A stretch of DNA of 32,708 bases, the filler included, from Candidatus Woesearchaeota archaeon (GTDB lineage: Archaea; Nanobdellota; Nanobdellia; Woesearchaeales; GCA-2687795), in NCBI GenBank assembly GCA_030753365.1. It is 3 parts of 3 records of this genome, joined end to end, with 100 filler letters (N's around TTAATTAATTAA, not from the genome) between each part and the next. Parts side by side here need not be neighbours in the genome. Positions count along the whole stretch, not along the records: positions 13,798 to 20,244 come from JASMCJ010000077.1; positions 20,345 to 32,708 come from JASMCJ010000078.1; 1 more part is not named here. One strand, written 5' to 3'. Under the pieces are notes generated by a model. It was not told the DNA's origin. It did no database searches and was given only the letters and a program-made list of their open reading frames with translations. Positions 16,422 through 25,496 of this stretch are shown here, in pieces (positions within the stretch are counted from its first letter, which is position 1; every line of letters starts with the position of its first letter). The position numbers and the translations under genes are program-made.

Positions 16422-17269
16422 ACTCTCATCCCTCTCAACTTCTTAACTCTCTCCTGAAGTGGCGGATGTGTAGAAAGCAGCTTCATCATTCCTCTGCCGC
16501 TAAAAGGATTAGCAATAAACAAATGCGCAGTAGAAGGGCTTCCAAACCTCATAGGATGCCTTGCCGCATTATGCTCCAATTTCTCCAAAGCATCAGCCAA
16601 TCCATAAGAATTATGCAACGTCTTAGCAGCGCTCTCATCAGCAATATACTCCCTACTCCTTGAAATAGCCAGTTGAATAATAGCAGCAATAATAGGAGTA
16701 ACAATCGCAAGCACAAGCAATTCTAATCCAGAGCCTCCTCTCCTGTCCCTTCCTCCAAAACCTCCAAAAATAGCTCCCCATCTGGCAATCATAGCAACAT
16801 ATGAAATAACACCTGCAATAGTAGCAGCAACAGCCTGAATTAAAGTATCTCTATTCTTAATATGTGAAACCTCATGCGCAATAACACCTTTAAGCTCATC
16901 ATCATTCATAAGCTCCAAAATACCTTCAGTGCAAGCCACAGCAGCATGCTTAGGATTCCTGCCAGTAGCAAACGCATTCGAATTTTCAGTAGGAATAATA
17001 TAAACCTTAGGCATAGGAACATTAGCAAGATGAGAAACCTCCTTAACCAATTTAAACAACCTATGAGAACTCTCCTCATTAACCTCCTTAGCCCTATACA
17101 TAGCCAAAACAATCTTATCAGAAAACCAATAACTTCCAAAATTAATAATAACAGCAAAAACTAAAGCAAAAGCTAACCCCTGCATTCCACCCATAAGATT
17201 GCCCACCCAAAGCAAAACTCCGGTCAACAACCCCAAAAGCACAACAGTCTTCAATTGATTCTTAATCAT
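16418..17269 (-). CDS. htpX: zinc metalloprotease HtpX (M48)
   Basis: NAFATGRNP, GVIAHEVSH, ISRSREYIAD, LSTHPP. Confidence 0.95.
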   Translation of the reverse strand: MIKNQLKTVVLLGLLTGVLLWVGNLMGGMQGLAFALVFAVIINFGSYWFSDKIVLAMYRAKEVNEESSHRLFKLVKEVSHLANVPMPKVYIIPTENSNAFATGRNPKHAAVACTEGILELMNDDELKGVIAHEVSHIKNRDTLIQAVAATIAGVISYVAMIARWGAIFGGFGGRDRRGGSGLELLVLAIVTPIIAAIIQLAISRSREYIADESAAKTLHNSYGLADALEKLEHNAARHPMRFGSPSTAHLFIANPFSGRGMMKLLSTHPPLQERVKKLRGMRV

Positions 17270-17344
17270 AATGCCTTAATAAACAGTCTTTATTTATTAA
17301 CTTTTTGTAACATTTATAAAGATTAAACAACATGTTAATTTAAT

Positions 17345-17620
17345 ATGAAAAAACGCTTACACCTGATAATCCATGGAACCGTCCAGGGAGTCTTCTTCAG
17401 AGACTTCACAAAACAGCAAGCAAAATCTTTAAACATAACAGGATATGTAAAAAACCAAACCGGAAACAGTGTTGAACTAGTAGCAGAAGGCGAAGAAGAA
17501 AGTTTAAACCAACTACTGCAACTCTGCAAACAAGGTCCATCCTCAGCAGAAGTCACAAACCTCAACATCAAATGGGAAGAATACAAAAATGAATTCAAAG
17601 AATTCAGCATAACCTACTAA
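17345..17620 (+). CDS. acyP: acylphosphatase
   Basis: GTVQGVFFR, GYVKN, VELVAEG, GPSSAEV. Confidence 0.95.
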   Translation: MKKRLHLIIHGTVQGVFFRDFTKQQAKSLNITGYVKNQTGNSVELVAEGEEESLNQLLQLCKQGPSSAEVTNLNIKWEEYKNEFKEFSITY

Positions 17621-17970
17621 GCATTATTCACATAAGCAAACAACCCTTCAATATGGCTCAGCTTAGTATGCTTTCTCAACCATTCCCTAAAAAACTTATC
17701 AACCTTAACACCTTCTTTATCTAATCCCTCCTTCAGTTTCTTATAAAGTTCCTTCCCCTTCTTATCAAAATCAGTAAGTATAATGCATTCTTTCTCCAGC
17801 TTAGCCATATCCTCAGCAACCTTGTAAAGCGACTTCTTAAGGCTCATAACATTTTCAATCCCCAGCTTCTCCAAAGCCCTCTTATCTTTAATACCCTCAA
17901 CAATAATAACCTTCTCACAAATCTTAAGCTTGCCAACCCACTCCAACAATTGAAGATGTTTTTTATTCAT
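17617..17970 (-). CDS. stand-alone Toprim-domain protein (UPF0292-like)
   Basis: IIVEGIKDKRAL, ILTDFDKKG, HIEGL; start placed at ATG 17970 because GAGGTGA lies at 17976-17982. Confidence 0.85.
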   Translation of the reverse strand: MNKKHLQLLEWVGKLKICEKVIIVEGIKDKRALEKLGIENVMSLKKSLYKVAEDMAKLEKECIILTDFDKKGKELYKKLKEGLDKEGVKVDKFFREWLRKHTKLSHIEGLFAYVNNA

Positions 17971-17993
17971 TTTTATCACCTCATTAGTACTAT

Positions 17994-20244
17994 CTACTTC
18001 GCATACTTCTTAAGTGCCTTCCTTATATTAGCAATTCTCCTATACACTCTAACCTTATCCTCTCTCTTAATATTACTCATCCTTAAATCATTATAAATCA
18101 TAGTCATCTTATTATACTTCTCAATAGTATCATCATCAATCCTATTCTCCTTTATATCAGATATCACGCTCATCAACAAATTGTTAAACCTCTGTATAGT
18201 CAGTCCCTGTTCAAGATTCCTAATCTGCCTAAACTTCCTCCCAACCTCAAACTTCCTTCTGCTCAATGAAACCGCTTCCCTCTCAAGCTTATGATACCTA
18301 AACCATGACAACGACTCCTTGCCAGTCTTATATCCAATAATACCCAAAATCACGCTAATCATAATCAATAAAACAAACAGCATATAATCCCTAAAGTCGC
18401 TTATCCTTGCATACCTCTTAACCTCAACAACAGGCTTAGTCTCAACAACTTCAAACACATCAGTGCTCACAGCCTTCTCTTTGCCATAAGTAAGCTCAAC
18501 ATGGAACAGATAATTCCCATATTCAACATCCTCAGGCAGCTTCAACCTCCTTGTAACAGACAGCCTTCCATCAACAGCCATCGTCTCTTCCCTGAAATTA
18601 ATCACATTGCCGTCAATATCCCTAATAGCATAATTAATCGTGACATCAACCTTCTTAAGATCACCAACATTAATCATAGTAATATCAGCCTCAACATACT
18701 CTCCTCTCAACACTTTCTTAGTCACATTATGAACCTCAACACCCACATCAAACAGCGGCTTCTTCTTAGTAACATCTATAATAACACCCATCACTTTCAC
18801 AACATACCCTGCTGTAATCAGCAATTTGCCTGTATACAGCTTCACAGGCTGTTCATCGCTTGCAGAAAGATACAAAGTAACCTCTTTAGACTCCTTAGGC
18901 TGTAACACAAAACTATCATCCATAACCAAAACCAAATCCTCCACGCCAATCACATTTATACTAAAGTTAAGCTTAACATCTCCTCCATTAGTAATAACCA
19001 GTTTCTCTTCCCTTGTCTCCCCCTGCTTAAGCTTAATCTTCAACAAATCTCTATCAACCTCAAACTTCCTCACAATCTTCATAGGTCCCCCTATGCTTTC
19101 TCCTGTGCCTTCAGCATCTCTTACTATTATAGGTCCTGGCACAGGTGTTTCATCAGTAGAATAAACAGTAAACTGGGTAACATTAAATGATAAGGTTCTA
19201 TTGCTAGGTGTATGATTAGTATAATTATTTTCCTTACAGATTGTCAGAGGACAAGGTTCATAATTCCTTAATATCCTAGGATTAGTAAAAGTAAGATTAT
19301 ACACCTCTAAAATAGCTGACCTATTAAATGCACTTATCATACTTGAATTAATCTCTATTCTATTAGAAGTAATATTAACATATTTATCAATATCAGTCCC
19401 ATCACTTAAGTCTGTAATATTAGTGAAATTAATCTTTCCATATTTTGTAACAGTAAGGAACATATTAGTTATATTAAACACATTTAGAGAAGACAAGTTT
19501 GTTGCATAATCATATTCAGTCGTAAGCACAACCGCTAACAATCTCTCATTGCTCTCACCAATATTTCCAATATTATCTATACAATTTATGCTCCAATTAT
19601 ACTGCACTGTAGGGATATCATATAAATGGAAGTAATTTGTTTCATTCTTAGAAATTGAAACATTCGTTATATTCACCTCATTATTAACAGTCAGCGAACA
19701 ATTATCTACATCATTTGTCTCAGTCACATTATAACTGAAGGTAATATTCCCATCATTATCCCCTGATTTATTAATAGGAAGTATAAGAGTTATTACCGTA
19801 GCAGTTGTATCTATAGTAAAATTCCTAATAACTGACAAAGACGAATTCTCTGAGCCATCATCGCACTTAACTTTCCAATAATAAACAGAATCATTCAACT
19901 CAGTCCAGTTATATGCTGAATCTGAACCATTAGTTATGCCAGATGTCACATTAACAATATTTGAAGGATTGCTTATATTCTGCGCATACACATAACAGTT
20001 CATAGCATCCAAATCTATATCAGTCACATTCCAGTTAAGCACTGAGAAATTAACCTCAATATAGTTTCCATTTACTGGAGAATTTAACTCAGGTATATCA
20101 GGCGCTTTATTCAGTATAGTAATCGTAGAGCTGTTCTTCCAGCCGCTCCATGAACTATTATCATAACCATTAATAGAGCAAGTCCAGTTCTCCAGTTTAC
20201 TCGTCAAAGATGGAGTCACATTATTTATTGTATAACATGTTTCT
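17994..20244 (-). CDS. large membrane-anchored surface glycoprotein (5' end lost in gap)
   Basis: Asn/Thr/Ser-rich Ig/FnIII-like region (YYWKVKCDDG, YNWSINCID) dense in N-X-S/T, then CARDB/NPCBM-like segments, one TM helix and a basic cytoplasmic tail. Confidence 0.75.
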
Positions 20245-20344
20245 NNNNNNNNNNNNNNNNNNNNNNNNNNNNNNNNNNNNNNNNNNNNTTAATTAATTAA
20301 NNNNNNNNNNNNNNNNNNNNNNNNNNNNNNNNNNNNNNNNNNNN
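20245..20344. other. assembly gap / artificial contig linker
   Basis: 100 nt of N with TTAATTAATTAA at 20289-20300. Confidence 0.97.
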
Positions 20345-20346
20345 GG

Positions 20347-21207
20347 AAGAAAAAGAAATATTATTTAAGCCATAGCTATAGGATAGGAAGCAAGGTAAAA
20401 AAAATACAAAGATATCTTGGCTCAGACCTTAATGATAACCGGCTTAATAAACTAAAGAACCATGCGGAAAAACTAATTCTTGAACAGCTTAAGAAAAGAG
20501 ACATTTTAGAGTACGAACTAACAAGAGATGAGATAGAATATTTTAGAAAGATAGAATCCAAGATTAAAGTAGAACATTTTAATAAGAAGGACTGGAACAG
20601 ATTTACAGAAGAATTTACTTATAATACAAATGCAATAGAAGGTTCAACAGTTACTTTTTCAGAGGTAAAAGACCTTATTGATAAGGAAATTAAGCCTGAA
20701 AATTTTGATGAAATAGAAACCATTAATGTGGCTAGCGCTGTTGAATTTATCAAATCAACAAAAGAAAGGTTGTCATTAGAATTCATAAAAAAAATTCATC
20801 AAATTTGCTTTAATCATACAAAATCCTTTGCAGGGAGATTCAGAAGTGTTGAGGTAGTGATTAAAGATAAAGAAGGAAACATAATGCATCAGGGAGCCTC
20901 CTATAATAAGGTAAAAGACTTGCTAAATGAATTGGTTGTTTGGTATAATAGATATAAGGAAAAATATCCTCCTTTACTCTTAGCGTCTGTGGTGCATAAC
21001 CAGTTTGAAAAAATTCATCCCTTTCAGGATGGGAATGGCAGGGTTGGGAGGCTGCTCCTTAATTATGTTCTAATAAAGCATAAATATCCTCCAGTAAATA
21101 TAAGATTAAAAGACAGGATAAAGTACTATGAAACCTTAAGAAAATATGATTTGACTGGGGATATTAAGTTCACTATAAAGTTTCTATTAAGGCAATATCA
21201 TAAATAG
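20347..21207 (+). CDS. Fic-domain protein (class II, 5' end lost in gap)
   Basis: Frame open from the gap (KKKKYYLSHSYR...), inhibitory-type motif TNAIEG, catalytic HPFQDGNGRVGR; longer than the track's 159-aa call. Confidence 0.9.
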   Translation, partial: KKKKYYLSHSYRIGSKVKKIQRYLGSDLNDNRLNKLKNHAEKLILEQLKKRDILEYELTRDEIEYFRKIESKIKVEHFNKKDWNRFTEEFTYNTNAIEGSTVTFSEVKDLIDKEIKPENFDEIETINVASAVEFIKSTKERLSLEFIKKIHQICFNHTKSFAGRFRSVEVVIKDKEGNIMHQGASYNKVKDLLNELVVWYNRYKEKYPPLLLASVVHNQFEKIHPFQDGNGRVGRLLLNYVLIKHKYPPVNIRLKDRIKYYETLRKYDLTGDIKFTIKFLLRQYHK

Positions 21208-21387
21208 GGTACTACAAAACAACTAAAATACCTTTTTACGTAGTTTCTTCACATATCATATAGGCAATTGGTTGCTGAGTTACTTCCTGATTCAAATAAG
21301 AAGTTTTATCATCCTGATTAGATCATAGCAGGTCAATCCCCCACAAAAAACATCAAATTTAAATACGAAAATGAGTTCTTAATAAGA

Positions 21388-22998
21388 ATGAACAGAAAAA
21401 TAAAGGTTCTTTTGATAACAGCTTTGTTCTTATTTACGCTTTATCTCTGGACTTTGCCTTTTCAGAAGAATAGGATGCCTTATGGCGAGGTGGATGCTGG
21501 CTCACATTTTACTGTAGGAGATTATATGGCGGAGACGGATAAGTCAGTTTATGTTTTGCCGTATTTTATTGATAAGAGGTATGGAACTGATAACTTTTTT
21601 AGTCCGCATCATTTGTGGTATCATCCGCCGTATCATGTTAATTTTGCAATCATGCAGATTTTTGGAGGGGAGAGGATACTGCCTGTGTTTTTGTTTAATG
21701 CTATCTTGTGTTCTATTATTGTTTTGATTTCTTATTTTGTTTTGGAGAGATTGTTTGGGTTTTGGGTTGCGTTCCTTTCAAGCTTATTGTTTGTTTTTTC
21801 AATGAGAGATATTATGGTTTTCTTGTGGGGACAGTGGCCGCAACAGATATCTTATTTTTATACGCCTTTGGTTTTGTATGTTTTTTATAAGTATGTTTGC
21901 TCTTATCTGGATGGCAATACAAAGCCGGTTTATGCTTATATTTTTGCAGTATTGTTAGGCGTTAATTTTTATCTGCATCCTGTTGGAAGCTTTCATACGA
22001 TTGTGGCTTTGGTTTTTTTTAGCTTGTTTTTATTGATTAAAGAGAGAAAAATTCCTTTTAGCTTTAAGCATATTTCAGTGTGCGCTTTGATATTCCTGCT
22101 TATGCTGGGAATTTTTCCTTTGCAGACAGCTAGTGTGTTTGGGCAGATGGGTGGAAGTTCTGAAGAAGAGAAAGCAAAAAGCCCATTGTATCATGATTTT
22201 GGTAGCTTTTTTTCATGGTTTGCATGGAAGGAGCTTTATGTTAGTTGGGGGACGCAGCCAGAGGCTTATTTTGATTATGATGCTATGAATGGAGGGTATT
22301 GGACATTGCCTTTGCTGCTTATAGGGTTGTTTTTTATTTTGTTTAGGAGAGAGAGAAAAGATTTGCTTTTGCTTAGCTTTTTGCTGGGCGTTTATTTTAT
22401 GATACATATGATTGTGTTTATGGGTTCAGGAAGGCCGGAGAGAAGTTTGGCAGCTTCTGCGCATGTGTTTTATCCTTTGGCAGCAGTGGGATTGCTGAGC
22501 ATACCTTTTTTACTGGGTCTTGTTTTTAAGATTAAGAAGAGGTATAAAAATTATATTAAGTATGTTCTGATTGGCTTGTTTGTTTTTATGGTGTTTAGCT
22601 CTAATTTTAAGCCTGCGTATTCACAATTAAAAGGTGCTTATGAAGGTATTGTTAGAATAACACCAACTCAATACAAAGCTGCGGAAGCAATAAGAGAGTC
22701 TTCTATTCCTATGGGAGCTAATATTACAGGGTTGGGGATATTGCCTATGGTAAGGCAGCAGAAGATGAGATGGATGTGGTTTGTTTCGCATCGTTATATA
22801 AGGCCGTATAAAGGCTCTTTAGATTTAGGAGGGAAGCCGATTTATGTGATGGTTGATTATTCTGATTTGATTCTGCTTAGGCAGGATCCTACTTATGCAG
22901 AGGAGTTAAGGAAGCTGCAGGCTTTTGAAGAGCAAGAGTTGGTTAATGGCAGTTTAGTGGTTAATCATGAATTGATAAGGGTGTATAAGCTTGGTTAA
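21388..22998 (+). CDS. multi-pass membrane protein, probable GT-C-fold glycosyltransferase
   Basis: N-terminal TM then acidic loop PYGEVDAGSH, YHPP, WGQWP, many TM segments, soluble C-terminal domain; similar to 25477..27144. Confidence 0.6.
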   Translation: MNRKIKVLLITALFLFTLYLWTLPFQKNRMPYGEVDAGSHFTVGDYMAETDKSVYVLPYFIDKRYGTDNFFSPHHLWYHPPYHVNFAIMQIFGGERILPVFLFNAILCSIIVLISYFVLERLFGFWVAFLSSLLFVFSMRDIMVFLWGQWPQQISYFYTPLVLYVFYKYVCSYLDGNTKPVYAYIFAVLLGVNFYLHPVGSFHTIVALVFFSLFLLIKERKIPFSFKHISVCALIFLLMLGIFPLQTASVFGQMGGSSEEEKAKSPLYHDFGSFFSWFAWKELYVSWGTQPEAYFDYDAMNGGYWTLPLLLIGLFFILFRRERKDLLLLSFLLGVYFMIHMIVFMGSGRPERSLAASAHVFYPLAAVGLLSIPFLLGLVFKIKKRYKNYIKYVLIGLFVFMVFSSNFKPAYSQLKGAYEGIVRITPTQYKAAEAIRESSIPMGANITGLGILPMVRQQKMRWMWFVSHRYIRPYKGSLDLGGKPIYVMVDYSDLILLRQDPTYAEELRKLQAFEEQELVNGSLVVNHELIRVYKLG

Positions 22999-23317
22999 GA
23001 TTGGAAATAGAGAATTTGGGATAGGGATATTGGCTTTAATAATCATATTTTCATTTATATTGTTTGGGTTTACAGGAGTTAAGGTTGTAGGAGGAGCAAT
23101 ATTATTGTTCTTTCTGCCTTTTTATTTGATACTGGATAATTTTGATATTGAGTTTGGAGAGAAGATAGTGTTTTCGTTCTTTATGGGTATAGGAGTGTTT
23201 TCTATTTTTGTTTATTATTTAGGGTTTGTGGTTAATTCTATTAGGGTTGCAATAGTTGTTACTTTTCTGCTGTTGGTTGGAGTTGGGCTTGGGTTGAAGA
23301 AGTTTGGGAAGAGTTGA
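22991..23317 (+). CDS. small membrane protein (DUF1616-like)
   Basis: Four hydrophobic segments with FFLPFY...EKIVFSFFMGI; overlaps the upstream stop. Confidence 0.65.
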   Translation: MVKIGNREFGIGILALIIIFSFILFGFTGVKVVGGAILLFFLPFYLILDNFDIEFGEKIVFSFFMGIGVFSIFVYYLGFVVNSIRVAIVVTFLLLVGVGLGLKKFGKS

Positions 23318-23377
23318 GAAGTTTGATTGTTTTGAAAAAGAGATAATTTAATATATTTGATTTACTTTGGAGAGACT

Positions 23378-23695
23378 ATGGCAGAATATGAACTTATAGA
23401 GACAACAGATTTTGAAAAATCTTTCAATAAACTTCCTATACAGATTAAGGAGAGATTTAAAATACAATTCAATAATTTAAAAGATGATCCTTATTCACAA
23501 GGAAAGCCTTTAGGATATAAACGGTTTAGAGAACTGAAAAATGATGCTTATAGAGTTTATTATTTAGTTTATGATAATGAAATTATTGTATTATTTGTTG
23601 GTGTCTCTGATAAGAAAGATCAACAAGAAGTGATTGATGTTGTTAAAAATAATATCGAAGTGTTTAAAAATTTCATAGAAAATAGAAACTATTAA
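23378..23695 (+). CDS. RelE/ParE-family toxin
   Basis: YELIETTDFEKSFNKL, PYSQGKPLG, FRELK...YRVYY, VGVSDKKDQQ; ATG 23378 follows GGAGAG. Confidence 0.8.
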   Translation: MAEYELIETTDFEKSFNKLPIQIKERFKIQFNNLKDDPYSQGKPLGYKRFRELKNDAYRVYYLVYDNEIIVLFVGVSDKKDQQEVIDVVKNNIEVFKNFIENRNY

Positions 23696-23829
23696 ATATG
23701 GAACTTGCTCAATGGTACCTAAAATGAATAAGATCAAAGGATTAATCAACGAACAACAAAAATTAATCAATAAGTTATCTATGGAAATAGTTAATCTTGG
23801 TAGGAGTATTACTAAACCAAATCTTAAAA

Positions 23830-23955
23830 ATGCCCTCAAAAACTAAAAAACTGGAAACTGAACTTGAAGAACAGAATGATTTTCTTAAGCATATGCTTAG
23901 ATCTCTTGATGATTTAAAGAAAGGCAGAGTAAAGAAGTTTGACTTTTCACAATAA
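23830..23955 (+). CDS. 41-aa putative antitoxin downstream of the toxin
   Basis: MPSKTKKLETELEEQNDFLKHMLRSLDDLKKGRVKKFDFSQ*; SLDDLKKGRV resembles archaeal antitoxin C-termini; below the ORF track cutoff. Confidence 0.55.
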   Translation: MPSKTKKLETELEEQNDFLKHMLRSLDDLKKGRVKKFDFSQ

Positions 23956-24060
23956 TTCTTAGATACCATCCAGATCATTTAGGACGTACATAAGACAGAG
24001 AAAAGTAGAAAAATAATTCTCTATTTTGGTAGCTTATAAATCACAGAAGCGAAATGTTTA

Positions 24061-24089
24061 TATAGTATATGTATATACTATAGTATATA
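24061..24089. promoter_or_regulatory. overlapping palindromes (operator candidate) at the promoter of the wHTH/toxin pair
   Basis: TATAGTATAT-GT-ATATACTATA (24061-24082) and the perfect 18-bp palindrome TATATACTATAGTATATA (24072-24089). Confidence 0.55.
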
Positions 24090-24107
24090 TATATAATACT
24101 AGCTAAA

Positions 24108-24377
24108 ATGGAACGACAAGTCCTACACTACCCAAGATTGGATACAGTGCTCAATGTAGAGAAGATTATTAAGGAATCTGATGAGCCTCTTTCGAAGAAT
24201 GAAATAGATAGAAGGCTATCTAAACAGATAATGAGGCCAACTCTTAACCTTATTCTTGAATATCTGGAGGAAAGCGGAAAGATTGCTATTCTTAAGGAAG
24301 GGATTATTTGGATTTACAAGGAAGATGTCAGCAATAAGCTTAAGTTAAAGCTTAACAAAGCTGTTACAGTTATGTAA
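24108..24377 (+). CDS. winged-helix protein, putative antitoxin/regulator
   Basis: LSKNEIDRRL...RPTLNLILEYLEESGKI...GIIWIY helix-turn-helix plus wing pattern; 1 nt from the next gene. Confidence 0.7.
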   Translation: MERQVLHYPRLDTVLNVEKIIKESDEPLSKNEIDRRLSKQIMRPTLNLILEYLEESGKIAILKEGIIWIYKEDVSNKLKLKLNKAVTVM

Positions 24378-24378
24378 A

Positions 24379-24747
24379 ATGGATAAACCAACAATCCTCC
24401 AGTTTGATGATGAAGCTTATCAGGAGTATCAGGAGCTTCAACAAGCGGTGTTAGAAGGCAAAGCTGCAAAGAAGAAACCAACTTATGAGCAGCTGCTTAC
24501 TTCTATTAATAATGCCATGAAAAATATTAAAGCTGATTTTAAGTATGGAGACCTGATTCCGAGAAAATATCTTAATAAATTTGTTATACAAAAATATGGA
24601 ACGGATAAGGTGTTCAGAGTAGAACTTGTAGGTTATTGGAGGCTTCTTTATACTATTATTGGTGATGAAACTAAAATCATTGCCTTTATTCTTGAGTATA
24701 TGGACCATGACAAATATAATAAATTGTTTGGTTATAATAAGAGATAA
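24379..24747 (+). CDS. RelE-like toxin (divergent)
   Basis: GDLIP...VFRVELVGYWRLLYTI...ILEYMDHDKYNKLFGY; coupled to the wHTH gene. Confidence 0.6.
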   Translation: MDKPTILQFDDEAYQEYQELQQAVLEGKAAKKKPTYEQLLTSINNAMKNIKADFKYGDLIPRKYLNKFVIQKYGTDKVFRVELVGYWRLLYTIIGDETKIIAFILEYMDHDKYNKLFGYNKR

Positions 24748-24762
24748 GTTTCTTTTGCTTTC

Positions 24763-25149
24763 TCAAACCCTCCTAACAATCCACATCAATAATGAAGATG
24801 CTCTGCGATTGAAGAAGTTATGTTTGTAGAGATATATGTAGTCTAGTATATTATGTATAAGGTATCCTGTTAGAAGTAGATAAAGATTAAAGTATAAGCA
24901 GAATAATGTGAACACTATCATGAATTCGAATGTATGGAAGATGACTAAGACATCTTTTAGGCCTGGCTTAAGGAAATATTTAGAAGCTTTTTTTAAATTT
25001 AAGGACCTGAATTTTATGATATAGTACAGGTAATGGTCAAAGTCGATTAAGAAACCGCCTATGAATAAGTATAAGACTGGCCAGTTATAGAAAGGGTACA
25101 ATGTTATCATTAAGACTAATGATACAAAAAAGTGTATTGAGAGTTTCAT
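24763..25149 (-). CDS. membrane-bound metal-dependent hydrolase (YdjM/DUF457-like)
   Basis: MKLSIH, LIDFDH, FHT.E, HNILD; ATG 25149 overlaps the upstream stop (ATGA). Confidence 0.7.
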   Translation of the reverse strand: MKLSIHFFVSLVLMITLYPFYNWPVLYLFIGGFLIDFDHYLYYIIKFRSLNLKKASKYFLKPGLKDVLVIFHTFEFMIVFTLFCLYFNLYLLLTGYLIHNILDYIYLYKHNFFNRRASSLLMWIVRRV

Positions 25150-25496
25150 TTGTTTTTGATTATGATTATACTCCCTATAGTTAATAGAAGTAAAGGAAGC
25201 AGTATTCCATGATATTTTATGTTCAGGCCGATTAAGCCAAAGTAGTATGAGCACGTTCCTATTATTGCAGCGCTGACAGCAACGCCTATCAGAAATCGTT
25301 CCATGAAGTTTAACTTGTCTTCCCAGTAGTACATTAGTGAGAAGCCTGGCAGTATAAAGAGCCAGAAGAATGCAAGTAAGGTTCTTAGGATTGTGGGAAA
25401 GTCTTCATTATAAAACAGGATTTTTAAGATAACTATTCCTGCTAAGAGTATGTAGACTAGACTTACCGCTTCTTTTTTAATCAAATCTTTTTTCAT
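25146..25496 (-). CDS. small membrane protein (DUF1616-like)
   Basis: LFILPGFSL...ERFLIGVAVS pattern; four hydrophobic segments. Confidence 0.7.
   Translation of the reverse strand: MKKDLIKKEAVSLVYILLAGIVILKILFYNEDFPTILRTLLAFFWLFILPGFSLMYYWEDKLNFMERFLIGVAVSAAIIGTCSYYFGLIGLNIKYHGILLPLLLLTIGSIIIIKNK

Noticed and set aside
21208..21387. Possible gene remnant (SYRQLVAELLPDSNKKFYHPD*) after the Fic gene
   Set aside because: Too short, no start codon or recognisable family
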